Assembly (NCBI GenBank): GCA_002269645.1
Contig: NIVC01000958.1
Location: 124,001 to 188,000, forward strand
Origin: Macrostomum lignano
Taxonomy: Eukaryota
Direction: 5' to 3'
Length of the DNA: 64,000 nucleotides
Position 1 is the stretch's first letter. Every line of letters begins with the position of its first letter. This document shows positions 1 through 11,609 of this stretch, one piece after another. The notes under the pieces are model-generated. The model had not been told where the DNA came from and did not search any database. It saw nothing but the letters and a program-made list of their open reading frames with translations. Made by a program: the position numbers and the translations under genes.

Positions 1-1094
1 TGTCTCAGAGTGCTAATTAGATGCTAGCTGGTCTCACACTGTCTCAGAGTGCTAATTAGATGCTAGCTGGTCTCACACTGTCTCAGAGTGCTAATTAGAT
101 GCTAGCTGGTCTCACACTGTCTCAGAGTGCTAATTAGATGCTAGCTGGTCTCACACTGTCTCAGAGTGCTAATTAGATGCTAGCTGGTCTCACACTGTCT
201 CAGAGTGCTAATTAGATGCTAGCTGGTCTCACACTGTCTCAGAGTGCTAATTAGATGCTAGCTGGTCTCACACTGTCTCAGAGTGCTAATTAGATGCTAG
301 CTGGTCTCACACTGTCTCAGAGTGCTAATTAGATGCTAGCTGGTCTCACACTGTCTCAGAGTGCTAATTAGATGCTAGCTGGTCTCACACTGTCTCAGAG
401 TGCTAATTAGATGCTAGCTGGTCTCACACTGTCTCAGAGTGCTAATTAGATGCTAGCTGGTCTCACACTGTCTCAGAGTGCTAATTAGATGCTAGCTGGT
501 CTCACACTGTCTCAGAGTGCTAATTAGATGCTAGCTGGTCTCACACTGTCTCAGAGTGCTAATTAGATGCTAGCTGGTCTCACACTGTCTCAGAGTGCTA
601 ATTAGATGCTAGCTGGTCTCACACTGTCTCAGAGTGCTAATTAGATGCTAGCTGGTCTCACACTGTCTCAGAGTGCTAATTAGATGCTAGCTGGTCTCAC
701 ACTGTCTCAGAGTGCTAATTAGATGCTAGCTGGTCTCATACTGTCTCAGAGTGCTAATTAGATGCTAGCTGGTCTCACACTGCTGTCTCAGAGTGCTAAT
801 TAGATGCTAGCTGGTCTCACACTGCTGTCTCAGAGTGCTAATTAGATGCTAGCTGGTCTCACACTGTCTCAGAGTGCTAATTCGATGCTAGCTGGTCTCA
901 CACTGTCTCAGAGTGCTAATTAGATGCTAGCTGGTCTCACACTGTCTCAGAGTGCTAATTATATGCTAGCTGGTCTCACACTGTCTCAGAGTGCTATTTA
1001 GATGCTAGCTGGTCTCACACTGTCTCAGAGTGCTAATTAGATGCTAGCTGGTCTCACACTGTCTCAGAGTGCTAATTAGATGCTAGCTAGCTTG
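1..1094. repeat. 39-bp tandem minisatellite (TGTCTCAGAGTGCTAATTAGATGCTAGCTGGTCTCACAC)n, runs off the window start
   Basis: Unit directly visible, ~28 near-identical copies, no spacers. Confidence 0.98.
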
Positions 1095-2612
1095 TCTCAC
1101 ACTGTCTCACACTTTGTGCCCCCGACGCCCTTTGCCTCATCATGCATCATGAGAATGAGTCGGTCAGCGTCACTCACCCCAGTCTCGCACGCTCACCGCC
1201 TCCAGCATCATCGGCTGCCTCAGCTGCATCACAAGCCACCGAGGCCCGGACCGCACAGCAGCAGGGAATCGGTTTGTCTCTGACTGCCGACTCTCCCACC
1301 AACGGCAGTGCGCACCGCTGGGTTGCCAGGTGCGCAGAACGTCAGCCCTGCTCAGCTGCACTGTCACTGCAACATGTTTGTTAAAATAAACCCAGCTTTC
1401 GTGCCCAGCGCATAAAAAAACGGTTGATAAAGAGTTTGCTTCAAGTTCTTGGCCAAACTTTTCTTGCTTACGATTTCTGTTGACTGCAGTTTGTGTGCAG
1501 TTTGAGAACGCCTTGATGAACTGCAGACTGAAAACTAGAAATAGCAGAGGCGTCCTGCACCGCCAGTAAGCCATTTTGGCGTTGCAGTTTATTCACAAAT
1601 GCTGACGGTTGAAAACGTCATGGCTGAAAATCGTTTTATTTTTTAATTGATTTCATACAGGTGTTTCACGCAGAAACGACTGGTCTTGGACTGGTTAATT
1701 CCGAGTGGGTGTCTCTGCAATCGCAACGTCTAAAATAAATGCACAGCCATCTAAATTGGGTTTAATTTAATTATATTTATAATTTCTTGGACCGCTGCTA
1801 GTTGTTGATAATTTCGTCTCCGAAAGCGGCCAAATTGACTGTAATTGGATTGCAAGCACATGTAAACCAGGGGTCCAAAACATCCAAGATAGTTTGTGTA
1901 TTTATATTAGCATTTCACTCAGAAAAACTATGATGCCCTCGAATATTTACTCTTGTGGCTCTTAACAAAAAGCTATCCTAAGGTCATCACTATACTATTT
2001 TCTCTGAGTTTTTTACGTCTTACTTTACTGAAAGTAATAAAGGAAAGAAAAGTTCTTCGGTAACAATATGACTGGTTTAATAATTTTAATAAATACAGTA
2101 GCGACACTATAATGAATGAATTAAGAACAGTATGGTGCAGTCTATTTGGTTCGAGTACCTGTACATGAAGCGCAGATGCTTAGGCGCCGAAAATTGAAAA
2201 AAATGTAGTTGAACAAATAAAGCTATACTTCAAAAATTTACGTCGAAAAACGCGCTCGCGAACTCTACAAAATCTACAAAACTGTGTTATAATGATCGAA
2301 AAATTGTACATACATATTCTTCGGTCCTTTATAGTGAACGAATGCAATTCGGCAAAAAATATAACAGTGTGTATGAGAGATAAAAAATATGAATAATGCA
2401 CAACAGAATTGCGAAAATGCTTGCTTTTTACAGTGAGGTCCAGGTCAGATTTTGCAACGAAAGCTGACAATTATAAATGGGTTAAAATTTTAAAATACAA
2501 TATTATGAATGTTGTATTGTGAGAATAAAAGTAAAAAAATATTCAGAGCCCGCAGGAGTATGAGAGCCAATGTTCAGTTAAGTCTTGCTGTACCTAAGAT
2601 GACTTTACGAGG

Positions 2613-3035
2613 TTAAGATTGTACATTCAGTTCAACTTTTTCGCAATTTTCACTTCTGTAGCTTCTCCAGTTTTTCGGGCATGTTTTTGTTTTCTTGCAG
2701 ACAAAGCAAGTCATCAGTACAAGGCCTGTGAAGACAAGTAAACAAGAAAATATGATCACCATTGTCCAAACCACAGACCCAGGCTGTTTAGTCTTAGTGG
2801 TAGGTGCCTTAAAGCTCACAGTCGGTCTGCTCCATAGCGGCTCGAGTAGGCCTTGAGTGAACTCTTGGATTTTGCACTGCGTTAACTTGAGCACAGAGGG
2901 GGCCGAATCCGGGAATCTCAGCAGCGACAGCATCGGACTGCTGCAGTTGCCGAACTCGACCACCGGTATGCTTGATTTAACAACTTTCAGGGTGGCACAC
3001 CGGCCAGTGGTAGAATCTGGCGACACTCTGGTCAT
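2613..3035 (-). CDS. C-terminal segment of putative host single-pass membrane protein (paralog A)
   Basis: Hydrophobic stretch VVWTMVIIFSCLLVFTGLVLMTCFVC followed by basic KKTK; EFGNCSSPMLSLLRFPDSA matches EFTSCNKPLPLLIRFPETA of ORF 15828-16289. Confidence 0.55.
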   Translation of the reverse strand: MTRVSPDSTTGRCATLKVVKSSIPVVEFGNCSSPMLSLLRFPDSAPSVLKLTQCKIQEFTQGLLEPLWSRPTVSFKAPTTKTKQPGSVVWTMVIIFSCLLVFTGLVLMTCFVCKKTKTCPKNWRSYRSENCEKVELNVQS

Positions 3036-3097
3036 AAAAGAAACAATTTTTAACGAAATTTAATACTCAATTTTATGTGAACTAAGAGCAATAAGTT

Positions 3098-3275
3098 TTA
3101 CTTGAAGTCGGCAGGTAGCTGAATTGGTAGGCAACCATTGTCCCTTTTGGACATAACGGACATCACGGTTTTGTCAGTCTTGAGAAACATGCCTAGACGC
3201 AACGGCTGGCTCAGACTCAGGGGCTGTCTGTACGGGATTTCCTTAAGCTTGGCTTCGTCTAAAATTGAAATTAAT
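3098..3275 (-). CDS. Coding segment of paralog A (not in ORF track)
   Basis: Manual translation LDEAKLKEIPYRQPLSLSQPLRLGMFLKT aligns with SDNAQLNEFPFRRPLNLKTAAYLGMFKST of ORF 16863-17111. Confidence 0.5.
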
Positions 3276-3287
3276 AATCTGATTTGA

Positions 3288-3605
3288 TTATTTCATTACA
3301 CTATTGGCGTTTGCCATTAGCTTGAACTGCTCACTAGCAGCGATGAACTGACTGATATCACTTGAGTTCTCGAAGCTGGCTAGCTGCACACCGCCTCTGA
3401 TGTTTAACAGGCTGGTTTGAATGTCCTGCGGCACTTTTGTGACATAGTAGCAACTGCCTCTAAAGTTGAGCATGTCGAAGGCGCAGTGCCCGCTGCTGGG
3501 CAGCACAATTCTCAGGCCCACTGAACTGGCTGACTCAGCTTTCGAGTCCTTTGTTGATTCTACGACGATGTAGGCTCTATTTTGGGTTTGAGGAAATTGC
3601 TCCAT
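3288..3605 (-). CDS. C-type-lectin-like segment of paralog A
   Basis: HCAFDMLNFRGSCYY...QLASFENSSDISQFI resembles the CTLD N-terminal pattern C-x(6)-F-x-G-x-CY...LAS...FI; paralogous to 18493-18720. Confidence 0.5.
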   Translation of the reverse strand: MEQFPQTQNRAYIVVESTKDSKAESASSVGLRIVLPSSGHCAFDMLNFRGSCYYVTKVPQDIQTSLLNIRGGVQLASFENSSDISQFIAASEQFKLMANANSVMK

Positions 3606-3679
3606 CAGAGCGATATTTTAAGTCTTTTAATGGTTTAGTTTCTATTCAAAGGACTTTTACTGCCTCTGGACAAGAGACA

Positions 3680-4353
3680 GGGGTTTCAGCACCAGGGGTT
3701 TTAGCACCAGGGGTTTTAGCACCAGGGGTTTTAGCACCAGGGGTTTTAGCACCAGGGGTTTTAGCACCAGGGCTTTTAGCACCAGGGGTTTTAGCACCAG
3801 GGGTTTTAGCACCAGGGGTTTTGGCACCAGGGGTTTTAGCACCAGGGGTTTTAGCACCAGGGGTTTTAGCACCAGGGGTTTTAGCACCAGGGCTTTTAGC
3901 ACCAGGGGTTTTAGCACCAGGGGTTTTATCACCAGGGGTTTTAGCACCAGGGGTTTTAGCACCAGGGGTTTTAGCACCAGGGGTTTTAGCACCAGGGGTT
4001 TTGGCACCAGGGGTTTTAGCACCAGGGGTTTTAGCACCAGGGGTTTTAGCACCAGGGGTTTTAGCACCAGGGGTTTTAGCACCAGGGGTTTTAGCACCAG
4101 GGGCGCCAGCACCAGGGGTTTTAGCACCAGGGGCGCCAGCACCAGGGGCGCCAGCACCAGGGGCGCCAGCACCAGGGGCGCCAGCACCAGGGGCGCCAGC
4201 ACCAGGGGCGCCAGCACCAGGGGCGCCAGCACCAGGGGCGCCAGCACCAGGGGCGCCAGCACCAGGGGCGCCAGCACCAGGGGCGCCAGCAACAGGGGCG
4301 CCAGCACCAGGGGCGCCAGCACCAGGGGCGCCAGCACCAGGGGCGCCAGCACC
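3680..4353. repeat. 15-bp tandem repeat, two subtypes (GCACCAGGGGTTTTA then GCACCAGGGGCGCCA)
   Basis: Directly visible, ~45 units, switch of subtype at ~4100-4135. Confidence 0.97.
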
Positions 4354-4442
4354 CTAGGTCTGGAGACTCTAGACCCAAAGAGTACCGAAAACGGAATTCC
4401 TATTCTTCTCTGTTACTTTATCGGAAGATTCTCAGGCAATAA

Positions 4443-4928
4443 CTAATCATATGAAATACAAAATATTGTATTCGGAATTACTGACCCAGGTCGCAGGGTG
4501 ACGGCTTGAACCAATCCAGCTACCAAATCGATATTCGTCGGAGATCCATCGGACCACCTTATGGTGACTGAGAGCTTGGCTTTGATCTGGCTTTGAATGG
4601 CATCTCCGATAGGCAGCCCTATTAAATAGATCGTGATGGGTTCTTTAACGTCACGAAATCGAACTTCCCATCGACAGTGCCTGTTTGCGGTTCTTTTCTC
4701 TCCAGCTTCGTCTTGAGTCGTTGGCAGCAGTTTTTCGTCACGGTTGTAGTAGCCGTCCATGTCTATTTTGACAGTGTGCTCATCCACACAGTGGTAATTG
4801 GCTGTGTAAACACTGAAATTGTATAAAAATTTTAGGGCTGATTTAGATTTTGGCCTTGTATTAACTGAAAAAACAGGGACTATAAATAAGGTCTCCATGG
4901 TGTCTCGCATGGGACAGAGGTAGCCCAA
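4443..4928 (-). CDS. CUB-like extracellular segment of paralog A
   Basis: HCRWEVR...LIGLP...SVTIR...DLVAGL...GSVI...IFC aligns with RCYWQVS...LIGQP...SVYIR...DLVAGL...GLVI...ICC of ORF 19318-19656; CUB assignment from the C-x-W motif only. Confidence 0.45.
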   Translation of the reverse strand: MGYLCPMRDTMETLFIVPVFSVNTRPKSKSALKFLYNFSVYTANYHCVDEHTVKIDMDGYYNRDEKLLPTTQDEAGEKRTANRHCRWEVRFRDVKEPITIYLIGLPIGDAIQSQIKAKLSVTIRWSDGSPTNIDLVAGLVQAVTLRPGSVIPNTIFCISYD

Positions 4929-6707
4929 AAGTTCACGGGTCCAGCATTCACACCACGAGAGCCACTGGTTGGTTTGAGTTCGACTCCATTCGATGGTTTG
5001 TGTACGGAAATTTACCAGTGAGCTGTCGTGTGATTTGTAGTTGCGCGCTTGTATGTGCTCAGGAGTCAGTAAATATATGGCTATTAGCCAAAAGAAGTGC
5101 TTTCACACTTCGCTTACAGTCTGAAGGCTGTCGGATACAGCAGCAGCAGTATACATGTATGTGCGCTGAATTTCTGAAATCAAAGTTTTGTGAAAAATTG
5201 GCAGTGAAAAACAAGACTATAATACTCGTAGGCTGCCCAATAATTTCACAATAAACCACAATTTCACAACACAATAAACGATTTTTTGAGATTTTTTTAA
5301 GGTTAAAACTGTAAAAACATGTTAGGTGTTGTTACACATGCAATTGACAGTTTATTATTCTCCTTGCACTGTACCCTTAACTAGCATAAAAATACTGAGC
5401 AAGAAACGAAAAAAAACTTTTTTTCTGTGTTCATTTGGCGCAAAATACTCGTAGAAGTAAGAAACAGTAAACAGGCCTGGATTAAGCAGTCACATGATAC
5501 TAACCTCGTTAACATTTATAATAGGAAACTTCGTCCAGTCTAAAAATACACACACACTGCTGTACCCGTCCTTCGCACGTACTTCAGTACGTACTGCAGT
5601 TCTATATTTAGCCACACTGTGCATTGGTCCAATGTGCAGACAAAAAGGGAAGTTTGTTGCAGAGTACGGGCCTGCTAGAAACTGTTTACGCATTATAAAT
5701 TTAACGAAAACTGTGTATTTCAGAGACGTAATTTTTGCTAGATCTTTCTAATTAAGTTTGCCCCAAAAACTGCAGCTCTTTTAAAACTTCATCAGCTGAA
5801 AGTAAAGTGTTACCAAAAATACGGTAAATCTAATAAAATCTTGCACGCAAAAATAAGGGTAATTTTTTAAACGGAGACTGTTTTCATTTTGCAATACGCG
5901 ATAATACAAGCATTTTTCAACGACTCAATCAAAATACATGCGTTAAAAAAACTTACTCTTGTCAACATCATGGCGGTTGATTAAGAGTTGGCCGCATGCC
6001 TTTCTCACCGCACATGCCTTGGGGTAGCTACATACCTGAATTCCTGCTTCTTCGCGGGCAGTTCCTAAGGCCATTACTATATAGAGCAAGGCCAGCCAAT
6101 AAGAGTGCCTACATGGCGTAGGCACTAGGCATGCTAGTGAAGTATGAGAGAGACCAGGGACTTCTAGAGCCAGCACCACTGGACTGGAAGCGAAAATAAA
6201 ACGCTCCCCCAATTTTACACTAGTGTGGCAAGGTAGAAATTTCGTTACCAAAGCTAAAAAAGCTAGTTCTTTCGAGTTTGGGCACTGAGGATAGGGGACT
6301 GGGGATATGAGACTGTGGGGAAGAGCAGGGAAACATACAAACGAATAGAATGTACAGGGCTTGGGCACCAAGCTCATGACACTGATATGTGCTCGTTGTA
6401 TGCACAATTTAAGAAATTAGTCACCCTCCTAACCCCCATTTCCTCTTTGCTTCTCTGCCAAGCACTGACAGAGTATATGATGCCTTGCACTGTGCAGGTT
6501 GCCCTTAAATCACGAACCCACACTGCTATCATTTCCAAGAGCCTGTTTCAGTACAAGCTTTAAATGCTGCATGCATGTTCAGCCTACGGATGCTCAACTC
6601 GAACAACCTGGAATCAGGAGTGAGCTTCCACAGCCAGCCTCTCCAAGACGCTGCTGTGCTGTTGAGAAATGCAAGCGAGCAAACTCGAGAAGACTTTGAG
6701 CAGGTGA

Positions 6708-7670
6708 TGTGTTCCTTACTACCAAGACGTTCTCAGTAATCAAGGAACAATCACTTCTAGCTACTTTGCTAGGCAACCCAGTTATCAGATAAAGGTATCA
6801 CTTACCTTTAGTTGTATCCTCAGTTGAGTACTCTTCTTAGATCTCGCTGTAGGTTTAGCCACCAGTAGTCCTGGTCTCAGATGATCCGTAGATCAGGCGC
6901 CTTGTCTCTTCTTTGGTTCTGGTCCGAGTTCTTGTACTTCCGTTGAAGTTCCTTCCGGCCGGTATCTTCAGTCAGGACCAATCAGAGGCCTCGTATCAAA
7001 CAATGGGTACCCTGCGCCGAACAGCGGTTTCTCCTTAGTTTTCTCCTTCTAGTAGTGCCTCTATGCACTCTAGGTAATGCTCCGGTTATCTCTAATAGAT
7101 CCTCTAAGATCTATTAGGGTAGTCCTTCGGGCGACTACTGCCAATGGAGTCTCAATGGACTCAAGAGTCTAAACAGACTCAACTAGACTCAAGTCACTAG
7201 ACTCAACTAGACTCGAGCGAGACGTCTCAAACACAGGCGCAAATGAGAAAGGCTTTCCGCAACAACTCGACCGAGTCTCGATTGACTTGGTAACCAGGAA
7301 GTCTCGCTAAGAGCTTCCTCTTCGGAGCGCTCCTCTTCCGTGGGGAGTATGACTCCGGTGCCGCTTTGGACCGCTTGTATTTATAGACGATTTTGTGGGC
7401 CAAAAATAGTAACATGATTCACTTGTTGCGCTACAAGGGGTAACATGATTCATCGTGTGGTTATAAATAGTAACATGACTCATTCTGCTGCTGTAAATAG
7501 TAACATGAATCATTCTGCTGCTATAAATAGTAACATGAATCATTCTGCTGCTATAAATAGGAACATGAATCATTCTTAAGTTTAGGTGCGCATGCGTGCG
7601 CTTACTTACTTATAGTAGCATTCTACGATTTTCAATTTACTTCTTTGCGGGAGGTAGAACACTCTACACA
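6708..7670 (-). mobile_element. Solo-LTR-like element inserted in the THAP domain
   Basis: TGTGT...ACACA termini, flanks GGTGA/GGAGA (5-bp TSD with one mismatch), TATAAATA box on minus strand near 7378-7385, strong homology to 60399-61480. Confidence 0.65.
7405..7575. repeat. ~30-bp tandem repeat within the solo LTR (AATAGTAACATGAATCATTCTGCTGCTATA)
   Basis: 5-6 visible units, TGA(C/A/T)TCA AP-1-like cores. Confidence 0.85.
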
Positions 7671-8667
7671 GGAGAAGTTCTCCAAGATTTGCTCTCGCGA
7701 TTTTTATTCCAATGACTTCATTGAAGCATCGGCAGATACCAACGTCACATGTAATAAGAAAAGCGAGTCGCTATCAAGGAAGTGTGTGAAGCTTGGAGCG
7801 GTTCCATCCATCTTCCCGAATCGGCGGAATGCTCCCATCTACTTGCTATTGGACAAGAAGGCACCGCGAGCAACCACAGTGTCAGTGACATTGTCTAAGC
7901 GCATGGAGAGATAGCTGGAATTGGAGTCTTTCTAGAAGCTGACTTCATTGCTGAGACAGACCTTCAGGAGATCCAGCGCAAGCTCGAGCAGGAAGCAACC
8001 AAGCCAGCTGGATTTCAGACGACTATCCAAGGCCAGCTCTGCATCTATAAGCTAAAGGCAGCGAGTGTTCCGCGTTTCCTGCAGCATTTGTCTGGCCGAA
8101 GACCTTTCCGTCACGTATGAAGCCAATGGACTGCAGCTAAAAGCAAGCTTGTTCAGCGACCTACTGACTGGAGGAAAAGCTTTGACTCCCAACCAGCTTG
8201 TGAATCTCATGTCGAGAATCAAGAATTGGACTGAAGATTCACGCAAGGCCGAGTCGACACGAGACTGAGGTCTCCAGTCTGCTGGATGCGGTGCAAGACC
8301 TCTTGGAGGAAGCAGAAGGGCTGACAGACAATCGGACTGTGAGCTTTGCCCTGGAGCAGCTGAAGCTGAGCAGGAAGCCATCATGCACCCGGAGGTACTC
8401 CAAGGATCTCCTTGTGTTCTCCTGCTTGATCTATTCCATCAGTGCCCCAGCATGCAATGGACAATGCTTAAGCAGGACGCCATCTGCCTCCCGTCTATAG
8501 CACGTCAAGGTCAATAACTGCAAGAGTTGGATCTTCAAGAAGCCTTGACAGTGAAGGCTTCCTTGCGCTGAGAGCTTCAAAGCTGTCACAGATGGAGAAG
8601 GTCGTGACCCTGGTCCAAGTCTCCTTGATGGCCCTGGGCTCTAGCCAGAAATTGCATTTAATACAGT

Positions 8668-9009
8668 ATGAATAAGCTCCACGCTGCCAAAGGAGCGACA
8701 TTCTGTCTGCAAATTAATTTACAGCATTGCGTATCTGCGTCAGTAAATCTGATGAAGATTGCTGAGCTGTACAGGCCAGGCCTCATCCTGATCTAGGAAC
8801 CCTGGATGCGCAACGGTAAGTTGCCCAACATTCCCTCTGGCTACTCTGATTTTTATGTGTGTGGCCCGGGGAACAGCCGCCCTAGAGCGGCTATCCTCGC
8901 TGCTAGCCATCTCCAGACTTGGCTGAGGACTGATCTCTCTGATGGAGACCTTTGCGTCATCCAATCTAATCATTTCTCTCCGCGTACGTGTCTTGTTGCC
9001 TCGGTTTAT
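8668..9009 (+). pseudogene. LINE AP-endonuclease N-terminus with premature TAG (8794-8796)
   Basis: MNKLHAAKGATFCLQINLQHC...GLILI*EPWMRNGK...ASVY, in frame with ORF 8806; cut by the insertion at 9010. Confidence 0.8.
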
Positions 9010-9284
9010 CCTCTATTTGACTGCAGTTTTAGGCGCTTATAACCGTTCCCGACGGATAGGCCGAAAACAGCCATAGACAGTTTTCAAATTTACGATCATA
9101 AATGTTGCTGCTACCACCGTTCCCGCCTAGATGAAGGAATGAAATTCTATTGATTATAAATATGGTTATATATAGCAGTCAGTAGTTCTTATACATAATA
9201 TTTATATGGCCGTTTTCGGCCTCTAGTCGTCGGGAACGGCTGTGGTAAAAAATCCAACAAATCTGGCCCATAGAGATTGATTTT
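9010..9284. mobile_element. ~275-bp MITE-like insertion in the LINE endonuclease
   Basis: Interrupts ASVY|MPSS; internal inverted repeat 9042-9075 / 9205-9240; CTCTAT...ATAGAG near the ends; no clear TSD. Confidence 0.6.
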
Positions 9285-11609
9285 ATGCCGTCTAGCTTGG
9301 AGGTAGACAGAATGGACGAAAACGGCCATCCGTCTGCCTATGGTTATATCCCAGGCGACAGAGACCCTGCTCCTGAGAGTTTACTGCGCCTCGCGCAGTA
9401 CTGCGAGTCCCAGAACGCTGAGCTGTGCTTAGGGGGCGACCTCAACGCGCACCACAAGCACTGGGGCAGCAAAGATACCAACACTAGAGGAGAGGAGCTC
9501 CTGGCCCTCATCTCTAACACAAACCTCATGCTCTGCAACCGCGGCAGCACTCCTACCTTTAATAATGGCAGATGGACCGAGGCCCTCGACGCCACACTTG
9601 TTACCCCAAGACTCTTTGACAGAGTTGAGGAGTGGAGAGTCTGGTCTGAGGAGCCCTCCCTGTCTGACCACTGCTTTATCGCCTTTAACATCGCGGACAC
9701 TAAAACCCAGTCTCCGATCACTTGGAGACGCAATATCCGCAACACTGATTGGGCGGCCTACAAGGCTGCCCTTGATCTGCACCTGCAGGAACTCACGGAC
9801 TTACGTCCGATTGAGACCTGCGAGGATGTGGATCATATGGCTGAGACGCTGACAGGTTGCATTATTGAAGCCTACGAAGCGGCTTGTCCTGCTCGCGCCT
9901 ACAAAGGCAAGACCTCGGCGCCGTGGTGGAACCCGGAGCTGGGGAAACTCAGGCGGAAGGCCAAAAGCCTTCATCGCCGTGCCATGAAGACCGGAAACCC
10001 GGAGGACATGGAGCTTTTCCGGCAAGCCTCCCGCAATTTCAAATCTGAAGTGCGCAAGGCCAAGGAATGTAAGTGGCGCCAATTCTGCAATGAATTGGAT
10101 CAAGACAGACCTACTTCTAGGCTTGTCAAGGCCCTTACAATGGACAAAATGTCCAAATTAGCCATGATCAAAAAAGATGATGGCTCTCTTACTAAAGACC
10201 CTGAAGAAGTGCTTCAGCATATGCTTAGCACATTCTTCCCGAGGGTACCTACTGCTAGGCCGGAGCCCAACCATTCGATGGATGGAGCCACCCTAGCGGC
10301 GGGCATTGTCACTGAAGACCTAATCGCTCGTGCGGTCAGAACCTTCAAACCCTTCAAATCTCCTGGACCTGATGGTATCTACCCTGTTCTCCTTCGTGAA
10401 GCAGCCAAGATACCCTCGTTCCTGAGACTCACCCGCAATCTTATGCGGGCCTCTATCCAGCTGGGATACGTTCCTAAATGCTGGACTGAAGCTCGGGTAG
10501 TCTTTATTCCCAAACCTGGGAAGGGTGACTACCAAAGCGTCAAGGCCTTCCGGCCTATTAGCTTCACGTCAGCAATGCTTAAGCTCACTGAGAGGCTTAT
10601 TCTCTGGCGGCTGCTGTCCTGCGAGCTGACAGCGATGCCCCTCAGCAATAATCAGCACGCCTTCCGTACCGGGAGGTCGACTGACAGCGCCCTGCATGCG
10701 ATTGTCGAGAAGATTGAAAGGGCGGTACTGGGTGACGGTTACGCTCTGGCTCTCTTTCTTGACATTGTTGGCGCCTTCGACAACGTTATCTTTGAAGCGT
10801 TTCAGAGGGCCCTTCAAAATCGCAAAGCTCATACTACCCTCATACGGTGGATCATGTACATGATCTCCAACCGTACGGTCACTGCCCAACTTCTTGGGCA
10901 AACTGCCTCCACCAGAGTCTGTAAGGGTGGACCCCAAGGCGGAGTCCTCACCCCGACGCTCTGGAACCTGGTCATGGACGCTCTTTTGAGTGACTCCCGA
11001 CCCGACCCCGTCTTCAAAGTCGGGTATGCTGATGACGTCACGGCCATTGTGGCAGGACCGTCTCCCAGCACGCTCAGGGATCTGATGCAGAGCTTTATCC
11101 GCAAAGCAGAATCCTGGGCCAATGACAATGGTCTGGAACTCTCTGAGCCCAAAACCGTTGCCATTATGTTTACCAGCAGACTACGCTGGAACATACGTCC
11201 TCTGCAGCTCTACGGCAGAGATATTGCCTTCGCGCACCAGACCAGATGTCTCGGGGTCATACTTGACCACCGGCTCAACTGGTCCTCCCACGTGAAAGCA
11301 AAAGCCAAGCGTGCCTCAGCCATCCTGTCCCAGCTCCGACGAGCACTTGGCACTTCTTGGGGTCTATCCCCAAAGCGGCTTTGGTGGATCTATACTTCCG
11401 TAGTTAGACCTGCCATTACGTACGCCTCTGTTGTCTGGGTTAGCGCTACCCAGGTCAAAAGCCATGCAGACCTGCTCAACACGATCCAAGGCAGAGCGTG
11501 TAGGCTCATCTGCAACGCCACCAGGTCCACGCCCTTTGCTGGCATGGGGGCCTTCCTTAATCTTCCGCCTCTGGACCTCTTCATCAGGGGTGAGGCGGCT
11601 AGAACTTGA
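9285..11609 (+). CDS. LINE endonuclease (C-terminal part) + reverse transcriptase
   Basis: GGDLNAHH, TFNNG, SDH (APE); KSPGPDGI, FRPIS, QHAFR, LDIVGAFD, GPQGGVL, YADD, LGVILD (RT). Confidence 0.92.
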   Translation: MPSSLEVDRMDENGHPSAYGYIPGDRDPAPESLLRLAQYCESQNAELCLGGDLNAHHKHWGSKDTNTRGEELLALISNTNLMLCNRGSTPTFNNGRWTEALDATLVTPRLFDRVEEWRVWSEEPSLSDHCFIAFNIADTKTQSPITWRRNIRNTDWAAYKAALDLHLQELTDLRPIETCEDVDHMAETLTGCIIEAYEAACPARAYKGKTSAPWWNPELGKLRRKAKSLHRRAMKTGNPEDMELFRQASRNFKSEVRKAKECKWRQFCNELDQDRPTSRLVKALTMDKMSKLAMIKKDDGSLTKDPEEVLQHMLSTFFPRVPTARPEPNHSMDGATLAAGIVTEDLIARAVRTFKPFKSPGPDGIYPVLLREAAKIPSFLRLTRNLMRASIQLGYVPKCWTEARVVFIPKPGKGDYQSVKAFRPISFTSAMLKLTERLILWRLLSCELTAMPLSNNQHAFRTGRSTDSALHAIVEKIERAVLGDGYALALFLDIVGAFDNVIFEAFQRALQNRKAHTTLIRWIMYMISNRTVTAQLLGQTASTRVCKGGPQGGVLTPTLWNLVMDALLSDSRPDPVFKVGYADDVTAIVAGPSPSTLRDLMQSFIRKAESWANDNGLELSEPKTVAIMFTSRLRWNIRPLQLYGRDIAFAHQTRCLGVILDHRLNWSSHVKAKAKRASAILSQLRRALGTSWGLSPKRLWWIYTSVVRPAITYASVVWVSATQVKSHADLLNTIQGRACRLICNATRSTPFAGMGAFLNLPPLDLFIRGEAART

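Noticed and set aside
1-1094. CRISPR-like array (39-bp repeats; same thought for the 44-bp and 30-bp arrays)
   Set aside because: Units are head-to-tail with no unique spacers, there are no cas genes, and the context is eukaryotic.
3551-4378. ORFs PGVLA/VLAPL/CWRPW
   Set aside because: Translations of the 15-bp repeat; only the unlisted GAGAP/GAKTP frame is a plausible coding candidate.
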